A program made the translations under genes and the position numbers. A model generated the notes under the pieces. That model did not search any database. It was not told the origin of the DNA and saw nothing but the letters and a program-made list of their open reading frames with translations. From the NCBI GenBank assembly GCA_027604505.1, contig JADIIX010000172.1, positions 1 to 39,849 of the forward strand: 39,849 nucleotides of DNA. Direction: 5' to 3'. This DNA comes from Gonapodya sp. JEL0774 (lineage: Eukaryota). Position 1 is the first letter of the stretch; each line of letters opens with the position of its first letter. Of the stretch, positions 11,042-23,155 are shown piece by piece.

Positions 11042-13487
11042 CTATCCCCAGGCGACAACGTCAGCTACTTTCAATTGCCTGGAATTTACCACACGGAACG
11101 GACTCGACCGCCCTTTTAACGTTACTTGAGGCGCCGAAACTACATTAGAAAGTGCGGCTCTGGAGTTCAGAGGATCGTAGGCGTTTGGCGCAGGGGTGGA
11201 GGATTCTGCAGTGGGGACCGTGAGAATCAAGCGAATGAGGTACATTGTTATAGGGTAAGGTGATGCCGACGACATCGAACTTACTCGTCGGGAACAATCC
11301 GGCGACCTCAAGCCTACCTCCGAATGAGAAGGCAGGGGATGTGCCAGTTTGGCAAGGCTTCACCGATGTTTCGTAAGCGGCTGTGTGGGTACAGCATGTC
11401 AAGCAAGTCAGAGACCACGAACTCTACGTAGCAGACTGAAGCGTTTCCACCTACCCGGCCCAGGTGTATCCTCACGTATTTCGTTGATTTGAACTGGAAC
11501 AGCGTTAACCAACATAAAACTAATTCTGACCGGATCTAATCGCCTACTCACGTTGTCGGTACCCTATGTCCTGCGTTTGCTCATCTGCACCATTCGACGA
11601 GTTAGGCTCTAGCGCCTCTTTGGACTGTGTCACACCTTCTCCATCGGTTGAGTCGTCATTTTGAGGTACGACGTTCTCGTTATCCAGCTCTGCATGAGCA
11701 GCAGCGGGTCTCGTAGCAACCGCGCGCTCTTTGGCCGCTTTAGCTCTGCGTTTCCTATCTTCTCGTATGGCTGCGAGTTCATCTTGCCACTTGGGCGGGA
11801 CTGGACCATACGCACCGGGGCCAGGGGTGTGCTCAACTCGGACCTTCCACTTGCCTTTCAGGGAGATTTTGGGCATGGCCTTTTTGATGACCCGGACATC
11901 ATAAGAGTAAGATCCAGGAGCGGGCACGTCGGCGGCTTCATTGTGGCTTTGCAGGCCGAACTGTGTGCCCCGGCGGACACCCAGAGAAAAGCGAGGTGGG
12001 CTTGACAGAGTCGAATTGGCGTTGAAGTTGGGAGCATAGGCCGTCGGAGAAGGGAGAGGGGGATGAAGGGTGTCCTCAAGTATTCTCGGAGCCAACGAGA
12101 CAGCCGGGGAGGTGTGTAATGTCTGAGGATTGTACTGACCAGGCGCAGGAACTCCCGTCGTAGCTGTTTCAGACGCACATTATGTTGAGACGCACGTTAT
12201 GTTGGTCAGCATGCAACTCAAGCCATGAATCCGCACCAAAATATCAATACCTTTCGGTGCTGAAAATGGTGCCATTGGTCCGTCATTCCGACCTTTAAGG
12301 GTTACCCCCAACTCGCCTCGGGGGAGTTTGGGATGATAGGCGTTGGCGGCAGGTATGGACGCGTAATACTGAGCGATATCCTCAAACAAAGCAGGACCAG
12401 TCCGCTCAGCTATCGTGTACGAAGGCGAATACGGGGCTGTGGGAGGCGTACGTGGGGGTGAATAATCGCTCTGTAAATCAAACAGGGCAGCGGCTTCAGG
12501 TTAAATGCGAAAGGATAGCATAAAGGGGTCGCACGACTGTGTACCGGTCCTGGTCGAGAGTTGGTAGGTTCCCTCGTGCGAACACCGAAGGTGAACTTCG
12601 GGTTTCTACCTCCAACAATTTTAGGGAAATAAGTCGCCGGAGAAGGATTCAAATTCGCTGTTTGAACAGCCCCAATTAGCCAGAAGTTCACCAAGTCAGC
12701 AGTGCTCACTCGGAAGAACTTACGTGGATCGTCGTGCTTCAACAAAATGGAAACCGCTGGTGCGTCACTTCCGAATGGCACATCTCGGTTGTACGCGCCA
12801 GGACCAGGTGTCGGCTCAAATTTACCTGCGATGAATTGACAGATTTTTGTAACCTTTTGGAACGCGGTAAGCGCCCAACTGCCGCGCGTTTTGTCCCACT
12901 GACCGGGCGATTCTAGCCCATCCCCGATGCATTGGAGGCCTCCCAATCCAAGTTCTTCTCCTAGTCCGCGAGGAAGAGGGTGTCGCCCAGCCATTGTCTA
13001 GATAAAAATCGGCATCTTCGTCATCAGCGTCCTCCCAGTAAGAGTTTCCAGAACAGAACTCGGGAGGAACGAACCCATTTCGGCGGCGGGGGGCAAGAAA
13101 CACGAGTATCGTATTTAGGACCTGGACCCTGGTCGATCTCATCACGCCTTTTCCCAAGAATCGAATAGAAGGGTCCGAGAGGGGGCAATGTAGGACAGTA
13201 TGATGCCGGTGCGGGAGTTGCCAGAGCTTCGGGATGCACAAATTGAGTATCCATCCAGGTTTTAAGCCGGTGAGCTTTGGGTACGAGCACTCACCAAGAG
13301 TGGTCAAAGGCTCTCCAATTTCATCTCCAACGTAAGCTCCCAGAGGTGTTCGAGGCCTACCCGGACGATTAGCAGCACTGGACGGAAGGCGAGACGGCTT
13401 CCGACTTCGTTGATTCTTAGCGGTATCCGATCCAGAACTCGAATCTTCGACTGTTCTCATTTCGATTACCGGAAGTCCACTTGCCAT
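11042..13487 (-). CDS. SHIPPO-1/ODF3-like sperm-tail PG-rich repeat protein (axonemal); multi-exon
   Basis: Repeated PGPGAY-type units followed by P.(F/I)(S/T)(F/L)G/K: GPGPKYD, PTPGPGAYN..APAVSI, PSPATYFP..PKFTFG, PAANAYHP, PSPTAY..PRFSLG, PAPGSY..PKISLKGK, TPGPGAY, SPAFSFG, PAPNAYD..PQVTLKGR. Confidence 0.85.
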
Positions 13488-13914
13488 GACCAATCAAGCC
13501 AAGTTGGATTCTTTCTCCCTCTCTTTTGCCAGTAGGGGTTGGTCCTGTTTTCCACAACACCTTCGCACAGAGGGAGCTTTCACCTCTTGTGTGATCGAAT
13601 TGCGAAATGTATGTACACGCGTTACTTTAATGCCAAAAGCCCATTCAATCATCGGTAATGGAGGTACAAGTAAAGACAATTGTGGAAATCTGTGGGGTCT
13701 CTGCCGTAGTGTGCGTACTCAAAAGTACGGCTTTATCATAATTAAATTTGACAGCCAGAACTGCTCCATCGTTCCACTGGCGGACTCCGAATCTTTCCTG
13801 TAACTTCAATCCAGAAGCCTCGCCGTATCGGCCTGTTTCTTTGGTTTTGCTCGGAGTGGACCTCCTTGCTCACGCCCGTGCTTCCATCCCGTCCAACGTT
13901 TTTCTTTACGTACC

Positions 13915-16900
13915 ATGGCGGAAATGCGTTCAATGGCGTCGCTCTATTCTCAAGACTCCGGAGGTAGTCGCAGAACCTCTTACGCTCCCTTAGGAAGTGG
14001 TTCAAATGCAGATGGATCCTTGGCATCCACCTTAAACTCTGGCGAACCACGAAGCGGATGGAGCTCCATGCAATCAGTAAACTCTGCATTCGCGTCACTG
14101 GATTCGAGGAGGAAAAGCCTGCTGGGGGAGGATGTGAACGATAGCGACGAGGACACCGTGAAGTCACCAGAAGATGCCAGTGTGAGTTGAAGGTCCATCC
14201 ACAGCTCCGTGGGCTTCCTGACAAACGGAAGAAAAAGGATGCCAGTTGCGGAAAGGAGATTCATGGCAACCCCACGGCATGCATAATCCTGTCACAGTCT
14301 TGGTCGCTGTGACGAGGGGTCTCACCTTTCGCATTTACTGACACGCATCTGGTGATACCTCACCAATGTAGGCCGCCTTGTATCGAGCATTTACCTCCTT
14401 TGAGGAGCAGCGGCCAACCTCATTTGGTGTGCTCAGTGTTCGCATCAAGTCCGCCGCCTTTTCTACCACCACGCTCTCTCAGTTCCCCCAGCAAAGTCAT
14501 CACTCACTGACTAGAACCCGAAAAAAGCCACCTGATAGATCGAAACACTCGAGGCACTCTCGATTTTCGATCCCTTCCATCGCGAACATCGCATCATCCC
14601 CGGATCTTCTCCTCTCGCAGCCCTACCTGACCTCGATGGGTACTATCTCTGACGATCGTACATCGCGTAGACCAAGCGTTGGTTCTATCGGCAGTACCGG
14701 CACTCTCCCTGTTCAGTCGGTCCCTTCGTCACTAAACTGGACCAAATCTGCATCCAAATCCCCCATATCCGAACACCTCCATACGACTCCCTCTCACACA
14801 GCAGCTCTTTCCCGATCTAATCAGTCTCATTCCCTGAAAACCCCACCGAATCCACCAAATCCTCCATCCTCTCCCCCGGCAAACCCCTCTAGCGCCTTTG
14901 CAATGCTCCACGTGCGCAATCTCGTGCGCCGTACGCACGTCCATGCGGCGTATCCGCCCGATCGGGGACCTGGCGGAGAAGGGTCTACTGCATTACACGG
15001 CACCGGAATTGGTAACAGCAACGACTCCATTGTCTTTTGGAACGAGACTAAACACTGCCCTGTGGCAGTTCCGCGTGACCCACGCCATCCTTATGGCTTG
15101 GTGAGGGTTCAGGTGTGGGTTGTTGAGGGGACAGGAGGCGGCCGTGGCGACGGTGGACTAGCGGATGGTACCAGATCACATCCGCGTGGGGGGCAGGGCG
15201 ACGTTGGTATTGGGACCTGTAATGGGGAAGTGAAACTGGTTGGGGAAGTGGCTTTCCACCTCCACGATATTGTGAAGGTGAGAATTCACACAGGAGGCTT
15301 TTGGTGTACTTGGAACAACCTCCATCTTATGACTTTGTACTCATTTTTCCGATTCTTCAGGCCACTCCAATTGCCGGTGTATATGACCTCCACCACCCAA
15401 TGTCCTCTCTATCGGGTTCAGGGCTCGATTCTGACCCAGCCATCGTTGGACTTGCTGGCGTACGGCTAGGGGATGTGGACCTGGAAGTCACTTGGAACTA
15501 TGGTATGTTTGGATATGGCCACAGCTGGCAGGTATGTGCCAATTGTGTTGATCGTCGGAGAATTCCCTATTGCACTGATGTACCCATGTCAGATCGACGA
15601 TTCGGCAATTCATCCCACTGGCACAACCCGACTCCCTTCCTCTGTGAATGCAGTTACCACATCCCTCTTCCCTCGCATCATACCACGTGCAGAGAACGCC
15701 GAGACCGATCATGTTACTGTAGCTGCTGTTCGAGCTGAGCCGCACCCTCCGTTCGTCGCACCCACGGGACCTCAGATCACCCCAGCGGCTTATAGAGACG
15801 AGAAATCTTGGCAGCACGAAAAGGACAAAAAGAGAAGAGATGCTGAGGCATCTGAATCGACATGGCGAGCTCCCAGCGCACGCGTCTTGTCCAGCCCCCA
15901 GGCCCCGCCCCTCGAACTCGACCCGACTCTTTTCCCAATCATCATGCCGGGCCTTGGTAGAGCGAATTTAAGCTATGGGCGTTACGCCCGTCCAACTCTA
16001 ATCGACGATTTAGGAACACCACAGTTTAGGGACGAAACTTCTGTCGGATCACTGGTCGGTGCGAAGCGGCGGTGGCAGAAAGCGAGACGGTGGAAAGCAG
16101 ACACGGACCGATGGAAACGAACTACTGGGCTGTGGCGAGTTGTTACTACAGATGGTGAGGTTGTAGGAACTGAGTTCTTGAATGCAGCAGGAGCCAATGA
16201 CGATGCCGATGAAAATCTTGAATCACTATTGCATTCGGAGGTTGAGCGATTAATATCTTCAGGAGGAAATCACGACGAAACTTTCCATGTTACCGTTAAG
16301 GGAATCGCAGAAGCAGTTCCCCCAATGCAAAGCGGTAGCCCTCTTGTTGTCGACTCCAAAGTTCGAGTACATTTTGATTTGGGCTCCCCCGACAACTCTC
16401 GTTCTCCATTCAATCTCGATCTGTGGAGTGATGACGAGATTGATGAAGGTGATCATAGCGACCATAGGAGGACGAACGACGGACGTCGTAAGGAAATAGA
16501 CACCAACTCTCACGGGCATTCCATATCGTCGCTAGCTTCCGAATCGTCCGTAGCGGCTAAAACGTGGACGATGGCAAATGGAGTGCTTGCGTTTATTTCG
16601 AGGGCTGGAGATGCGTTGGCGCGAGGACCCGGCAACGCTTTCAGCCCATGGTTGGAACATCCTAGTCTCCACAACCATTCGACCGGAGCTCTTCCAACAC
16701 CAGAAATCGAATCATCGTCGAATCGAAATCCAATGGGACGTGTTGTTTCTCATCGTCCGTCGTCGTACACGACATTTTTAATCCCCGTTGGCGGGCTTCC
16801 GGACTTGTTCAAGCATCCACGAGATTACGATCGGGATGATCGACTTTTGAGTATGATCAAGGGGACTTTGATGCCCCCATCACCCACATTGAACGCAACA

Positions 16901-17806
16901 AGCCCCAACCTACCCAACCTAATCCCAAACGTTAATGAACTCGTGGAAACGGGAGTAGAAAGTCTCAACAGTCTAATCTCCCGTGGATGGACTGTTCGTG
17001 CCCTTAGATTTGTGAAAGAGAGTGGTTCTGATCACCGCAAGGTATATCCGGCGGAGGATCGTTCCATGAAAGACTCGAAGGAGGGGACGCCGGAGATTCG
17101 TGTCACACAGGATGACTCCCCATCACTGTCATTGGTGCGAGTGGAGCCGACAAGCACAGAAGGGGATACAAAAATAGCTTCCCCTATGGATTATGAGGCA
17201 TCGAGTGAAATGCACAGCAAGTTCTTGCCAGAAGACAAACTGGAGATTCGTCAGCCTGTCGTCCGACGAGTAGCCGAGCTAGCCGGTCGGTCAACTCGCA
17301 GAAAAGAAGCAACTGAAGCCGGTCGATGGGCCGATCCCTCCAACTCGAACAAGACAGAAAGTCCCAAGAGCATCGATGCCGAAGTGGAAACGGCTCGCCG
17401 TATTACCCAACCAGCTGTCAACGAAAGCATCTCCTCCTCAGCAGGCACGGTGCCATTTATTGCGGTCACATCGCCCTCGTTCGATTCCGCTGCGATAGGA
17501 TCCAGGGGGAACTTACCATATTCCATGCGCGAGAAGGGGGAGCCCTCGGCCGAACATCGCGGGCCTATTTCTGAGAAATCCAAAAGTGGTGGTGATTATC
17601 ACAGCCTGTTCTACCCAGGAGGAATTGGGTCCAGCTCAGGTGATGTGTCTCCCCCAGTCCCTGCGGCGAACACATCCAAATCATTTCTTTCCGACGAAGA
17701 TATCTCATTTTTGCCTTACGATGTGAGACAGAATGCCCGCCGTCGAACGGGCTCGAATGAGAGTTTCATGGACACTGAAGATCCGGACTTGGAAAGGACA
17801 AGCTGA
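13915..17806 (+). CDS. C2-domain protein resembling C2CD6/ALS2CR11 (CatSper tau), with long disordered C-terminus; 4 exons
   Basis: Exons 13915-14181, 14372-15277, 15361-15531, 15593-17806 splice in frame at canonical sites. Blocks FGVLSVRIKSA, FAMLHVRNLVRRTH, IVFWNETKHCPVAVPR, LVGEVAFHLHDIVK, VDLEVTWNYGMFGYGHSWQ, SLFPRIIP are collinear with the recalled human C2CD6 domain. Confidence 0.75.
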
Positions 17807-18540
17807 ACCTCAATTATCAATATGAATCGATAGTTCTATGTTGATAACAAATTTTTTTCATATCATAACGAAGATCGTGAACGGTTGGAGCCGTCCTCGT
17901 AGCGCCACCCATTGAACTCTTCGTTGCCTAAGCCTCCCTGACGAGTTTCTAAGCTTTACCCTGTCCCATAAAATCATCCGTGATTAGAGAGAGCTTCCAG
18001 CGGGCTCCTACGACTTTACAGTGCAGAGAGTTGGACATAGCAGTGTACTTGCTGCAAAAAAGTGTGACAAGAAACGACTAATGATACTATGGAGAGGGCC
18101 GGATGGACGATTACCCCGCCACACGTCCATCCCGGAATGATCTTTCAGATCCTGTGTGAGATAAGTAGGGCTTGCAAGATTCGATCCGATATCCTTGGAG
18201 GTGTGTTCTACCCTCCATATCAGTTGGGGGAGGAAAAGGTGGCGGAATTTTCTGCATGGAGTACGAGCTCTGATCGAAGGCATGTACAGAGCGGTAAGTA
18301 CTTTGAATGGTCGTTGCAGAATCGCATGATGCTAAGCAACCTGGAATTTCAGTCTAGACAGGAAGCTTACTGTTCATGTGAGCAACGATGACTGAGGGGG
18401 AAAGTGGATTTGAGTGGGTCAAGTTCCATTATTCTGACTTTTGCGTATGCTTATCTATGGAGTTGAACATCGAGTGCAAAAGTTGTTGCGCTATCGTATG
18501 GACTGTGTGCGAAAAGTGATATCTGTCTGGTACCATCGTT

Positions 18541-19263
18541 CTAATCATCGTAGCCCATCAGATCATCCACAATACTGGCAAATATAGAGGGAGACGAGGC
18601 GCCGAACGGTTCAAGTGAAGTGGGATCAAATGTGGAGAGTGTATCGAGTAGTCGACTAACACAAAGTTGGGGGCAGGGGACGCGAGTGGTGAGAAAACAT
18701 TCGCAACGCACCTTTGCTACATGGTCGATGCTCACCTAGGTTCTGTCGCAATACACTGTCCCTCCTTCGCGACGGCCAAGGCGAGCTCCCGTTGATGATT
18801 GTCGGCAAGAGTGTTGTTGACAACGACCACCAAGGGTTTCGCATTCTGAAGTGCGTCCAGCATCGATCCAGAGCCTGAAGACAGCTAAGCACGTTTTTAT
18901 CTCCGATGAAGGAAAGTCAGCAAGAAAAGACATACCTGCGTGGCTTATGATCATTCCAGCCCAGTTGACATCCTCCTGTGTGGTCGGTTTGAATTGATAG
19001 GCCTCGAACAGAATGCCCGATATTAAGCCGGAAACTGTCATTGAATCATCTTTACTGCCTCTTTGCGCACGATTGAGTGAACTGAGGTGTGGTAAAGTGC
19101 TGTTTCCGTATTGGAATCTGATCGCCTTGACACCCCGTTTCGCAAGCAGCGCGATTACGGGAGGAGAGGAGAGAGAGTCGGGGGAGGCGAGCAAAGATTG
19201 GGCAAGATCATCGAAGCGAGTCGTGCCCACAGTCACAAAGATGTTGTCGGGCAGTTTTGACAT
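18541..19263 (-). CDS. ALG13: UDP-N-acetylglucosamine transferase catalytic subunit (GT28 C-terminal); 3 exons
   Basis: IFVTVGTTRFDDL, QYG, YQFKPT, IISHAG|SGSMLDAL, LVVVVNNTLADNHQRELA, C-terminal SIVDDLMG. Confidence 0.92.
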
Positions 19264-19936
19264 TTCGGAGAAACTCTCATGTATAGTGACCAAAGGCAGG
19301 GAGTGTACATACTTTGTTGTTCCCATCACTCCCCGCAAGGAATACGGTTTTCTGAGATGAACAGCCAAGGAAGTCTGAAAGCTGCCTCCAGTATCGATGA
19401 AGCGCAGAGAGCGCCTCAGGTTTCGCCTAAAGTTGCTGCAGCGACCATTGAACACGTCAATGGCTCTGCAAAGGGAGAGGTAAGACGCAAAAAGCGTCTG
19501 TCGAGCCTGATGGCATCTGACCTATGCGAAGAGTTTTCTAATGGATCTGGTGAACTTGGCTGACCCGGATGCGTACTGCTGCGAAGCAGAGCTTGTTGGG
19601 ATAAACCAGCAATACCTCTTCATAAAATATGGCTACCGCTACCCATATGACTCTGAAGACCTGACAACTCAAGAGATTGCTGTCGAACTACCATACTCTG
19701 GTGACTAATTGCTGATGGTTGCGGAGCACTACCACAGTTACACACTCACCCCCTGCCACGTTAGTCACCTCCATGACTACTATCAAAGAAGCTTTACGTC
19801 ATCTCATGGAAATCACCTCAAATCGATATGTGGGCACTCTCGTGAAACAAACCCGAGACTCCCGATAGTTGGAGTGCTTCCATGGAGCTACAGTAGTTCC
19901 CAGAAATCATTATCATGTTATGTTTTTACACTAGTA

Positions 19937-22168
19937 CTATTTTCCCTTCGGTCCCAGCATATCCCGAGGATTCACCCATTCTTCGAATTGCTCGGCAGTA
20001 AGCTTGTTCAAAGCCAGAGCTGCTTCCTTCAGGGAAGTACCCTTTGGAAGACGCACGATTGTCGGATATTAGATTGGAACGTAACAAACTAAAAACATGG
20101 CATCTCACTTCCTTGTGGGCCTTCTTGGAAATTTTGGCTGCATTCTCATATCCAATGTGGGGGTTCAACGCCGTAACCAGCTGGCCGAACGGTAATATAA
20201 GTTTGTGATCAAACGCTCCTTTCCTAGTCGTTCCCCATCCATACATATGCCCCAACTCACCATTAAACTCTTCTCCATTAACTCTTTAATGTGCTTCTCG
20301 TTTGCTTGTATTCCGGCCACACAGTTCTTTGCAAATGACCGGGACGCGTCAGCGAGAATGCGGATGCTATGGAGGACGTTGCGGATCATAAGTGGTTTGT
20401 AAACGTTGAGCTAGGCATTGGAGGTTTGGTCCACGAAAGGGATACGAGTAGAGGCACTTGAAATGTTCCGGCAGGGACATCCACCCACACACCTCAAAGT
20501 GACCCTGACTACCTCCCACAGTCACTGCCACATGGTTACCCATAACTTGACAACAAACCATGGTGAGTGCTTCGCACTGCGTGGGGTTCACCTTTCCGGG
20601 CATGATTGAGCTACCGGGCTCATTTTCAGGGAGGAGGAGCTCGCCGAGGCCAGAGCGGGGACCAGAACCTTTGTATTCGAGAATGGAAAAATATGTGCGA
20701 TGATCAGGGGCTGAGTCACAGTGATACTGCGTGAAGCTCCAACAACACACACCCAACAACCTAATATCATTTGCAATCTTAAAAAGCGACACAGCCAGGG
20801 TATTGAGCGTGCCCGAACACTCCACAACCGCGTCGTGGGCTGCAAGTGCCTCAAATTTGTTGGGTGCGGTTTTGAACGGAAATCCGGTACTACGTGCGAT
20901 TTCTTCAGCCACTTTGACATCAAAGCCAGGAAAGGTGTTGAGGCCAGTGCCAACCGCTGTGCCACCCTGCAAAGGATTTCCATTGATTGAGTCTATAATC
21001 GGTACGCAAGCCTGGATTCCAACCTACCTGCGCAAGATACAACAGTCCCTCGGTCCCCTTCTTGACTCTCTCAATTCCATATTCTACTTGCGCAACATAC
21101 CCCGAGAATTCTTGTCCCAACGTCAATGGCACAGCGTCTTGGGTATGGGTCCTTCCGATTTTAATGATATCCTTGAACCTGTCCTGTGCCGCTCGAAGTT
21201 CATGGCGGAGATAGCGGAGAGCCGGCAACAGTTTTTCGTTGAGTTCAAAAACGGCTGCGATGTGCATAGCGGTGGGGAATGTATCGTTCGATGATTGGGA
21301 CATATTGACGTGATCGTCTGGACGGTGAGAGTGCAGTTTGTGATGGAAAGGCACAGATTTAATATGATAGCAAGCGGGTGCGGGAAAGGTACCGCGAAGG
21401 CCACATCGCTCACTCGGATGAATAAAATTCTTCTCCTCCCCCAACTTTCCGCCTTCCAACTGGAACGCCCTGTTCGCAATGACCTCGTTCACATTCATAT
21501 TCGTCTGCGTACCAGATCCTGTTTGCCACACCACGAGAGGGAAGTGTTCCACGAGTATTCCTTCGATGACTTCCTCAGAAGCTTTGATGATGGCGGACGC
21601 GATTTTGGGGTTGAGACCGAACTGAACATTGACAACGGCGCTCGCACGTTTGAGAATTCCAAAGGAGCGGATCTGGCGGCGGAGTCGCGTAAATGATACA
21701 CCCCTAACGAAACCTGATGTGAAACTCACGATTCTAAAGCCGCCGAGCCCCCAATTTCACCATAAAAATAATCCATAAATATCACATTATTGCAAGGAGC
21801 AAATACATATTACGGCACCGATCCCATCCCGCCCGGTGCTGAACTCACGTATTTGGCATATGATCCTGTGGCTGGTTAATTTCAAAGTTCTGCAAAGATC
21901 TCTGCGTCTGAGCACCCCATAACTTCTCCCAGGGAACTTGTACTTGGCCCATTGTGTCGGATTCCATGCGGAATTTGGTGGGCTTGATAGTGGGGGGAGG
22001 GACAGATGGGAGACGCACAGAGGGGAGTGGGATACTCAGAAAATTGATGTCAAGCTGTAACAACCCGGCAGGATGACCGTGGCATGTGCACTTCCTCGAC
22101 TTAATTCCTCGGCTTGAATTGGCTGTTAAAGTATTCATCTTCCGCAGTACTGGGTCAAAAGCATGGTA
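19937..22168 (-). CDS. FUM1: Class II fumarate hydratase; many exons, 5' end unresolved
   Basis: [59 protein letters not shown], signature [26 protein letters not shown], ends MLGPKGK. Confidence 0.96.
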
Positions 22169-23155
22169 CATCAAACTTGTTCGTTTGCTTGATGGTACTC
22201 CGCTTGGTCCCAATCATTGAGTCCAGACTCTCACCGCTCCGTGTAGTTGCAGTTCTTCGAATTTGAACCGGAACAGCAACCAACAAGAGAGCATTGTTAG
22301 TTCTGTTCTGTGATTATTTGTATGAGATTTTGATCCACAAACAGACCAATCTCCAATGTCCCACGGCGCATGAACTTCCTCACGGGTTGGGCAGGGGTTG
22401 GCGGGGTTTCTTCCCCCAAAGAGGTGATGGATCCCGTTCTGGACTTTGCGGTTGCAGATGCCTCGATCGATTCGGGCTAAAGGCGGGTGAGTTGAAGGTG
22501 GAAGGTGGATGAATTGCTTGCAAGTGGCCGCAACAACACAACACAACGACAAGAAGATGAAGAACGGAAGAGAGGGTACCTCTTGGAATGTCTGGGCACT
22601 AGTGATTGGATCTGCCTGCATGTTCGGCGAAACAATTAATTTGTTTAGAGTATAAGCGATTGCTTCTAGGAGGTTTGGTGGGTTGCGGGTGTTGGTCGCG
22701 TTGACAACACCCGAGAACTCCAGATCATTGATTATGACTCACGAGTGTCTTTTGCAAACGAAGAAAAAATATCCATCTTCATTGTCACATGATTTGGAGA
22801 CTAATACAGGAACTACTCGGGAAGGATATCCTTTTCCAGATCCGGAACTTAGAGATTTGAAGGGGTTGTGATAATCGTGTAATCGTGATTTTCAAATAAA
22901 ATATTACTGTAAGTCATTTTGGTGACTTCGTCTGTTGCACGGGTTGGGAGAACGGGACAAGACAGGTGTCCATGCGGAACTGGAAATGGTGGTCAAACTT
23001 GTATAACAAAAACCGTCACAGCCGAGGGATCTTTTTATTCGCTACAAACGTCACAACTGTTCGATTCGCCGCCAGCCTCAGACCCCCCGATCCTTTTCCA
23101 GGCCCATCAACATCGGTTTCACCACTCATCGGTGGTGCAGAAACAAAATGCTGCG

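Noticed and set aside
14258..14270. X-box-like CATGGCAAC in intron 1 of the C2CD6-like gene
   Set aside because: Only one half-site matches; expected by chance.
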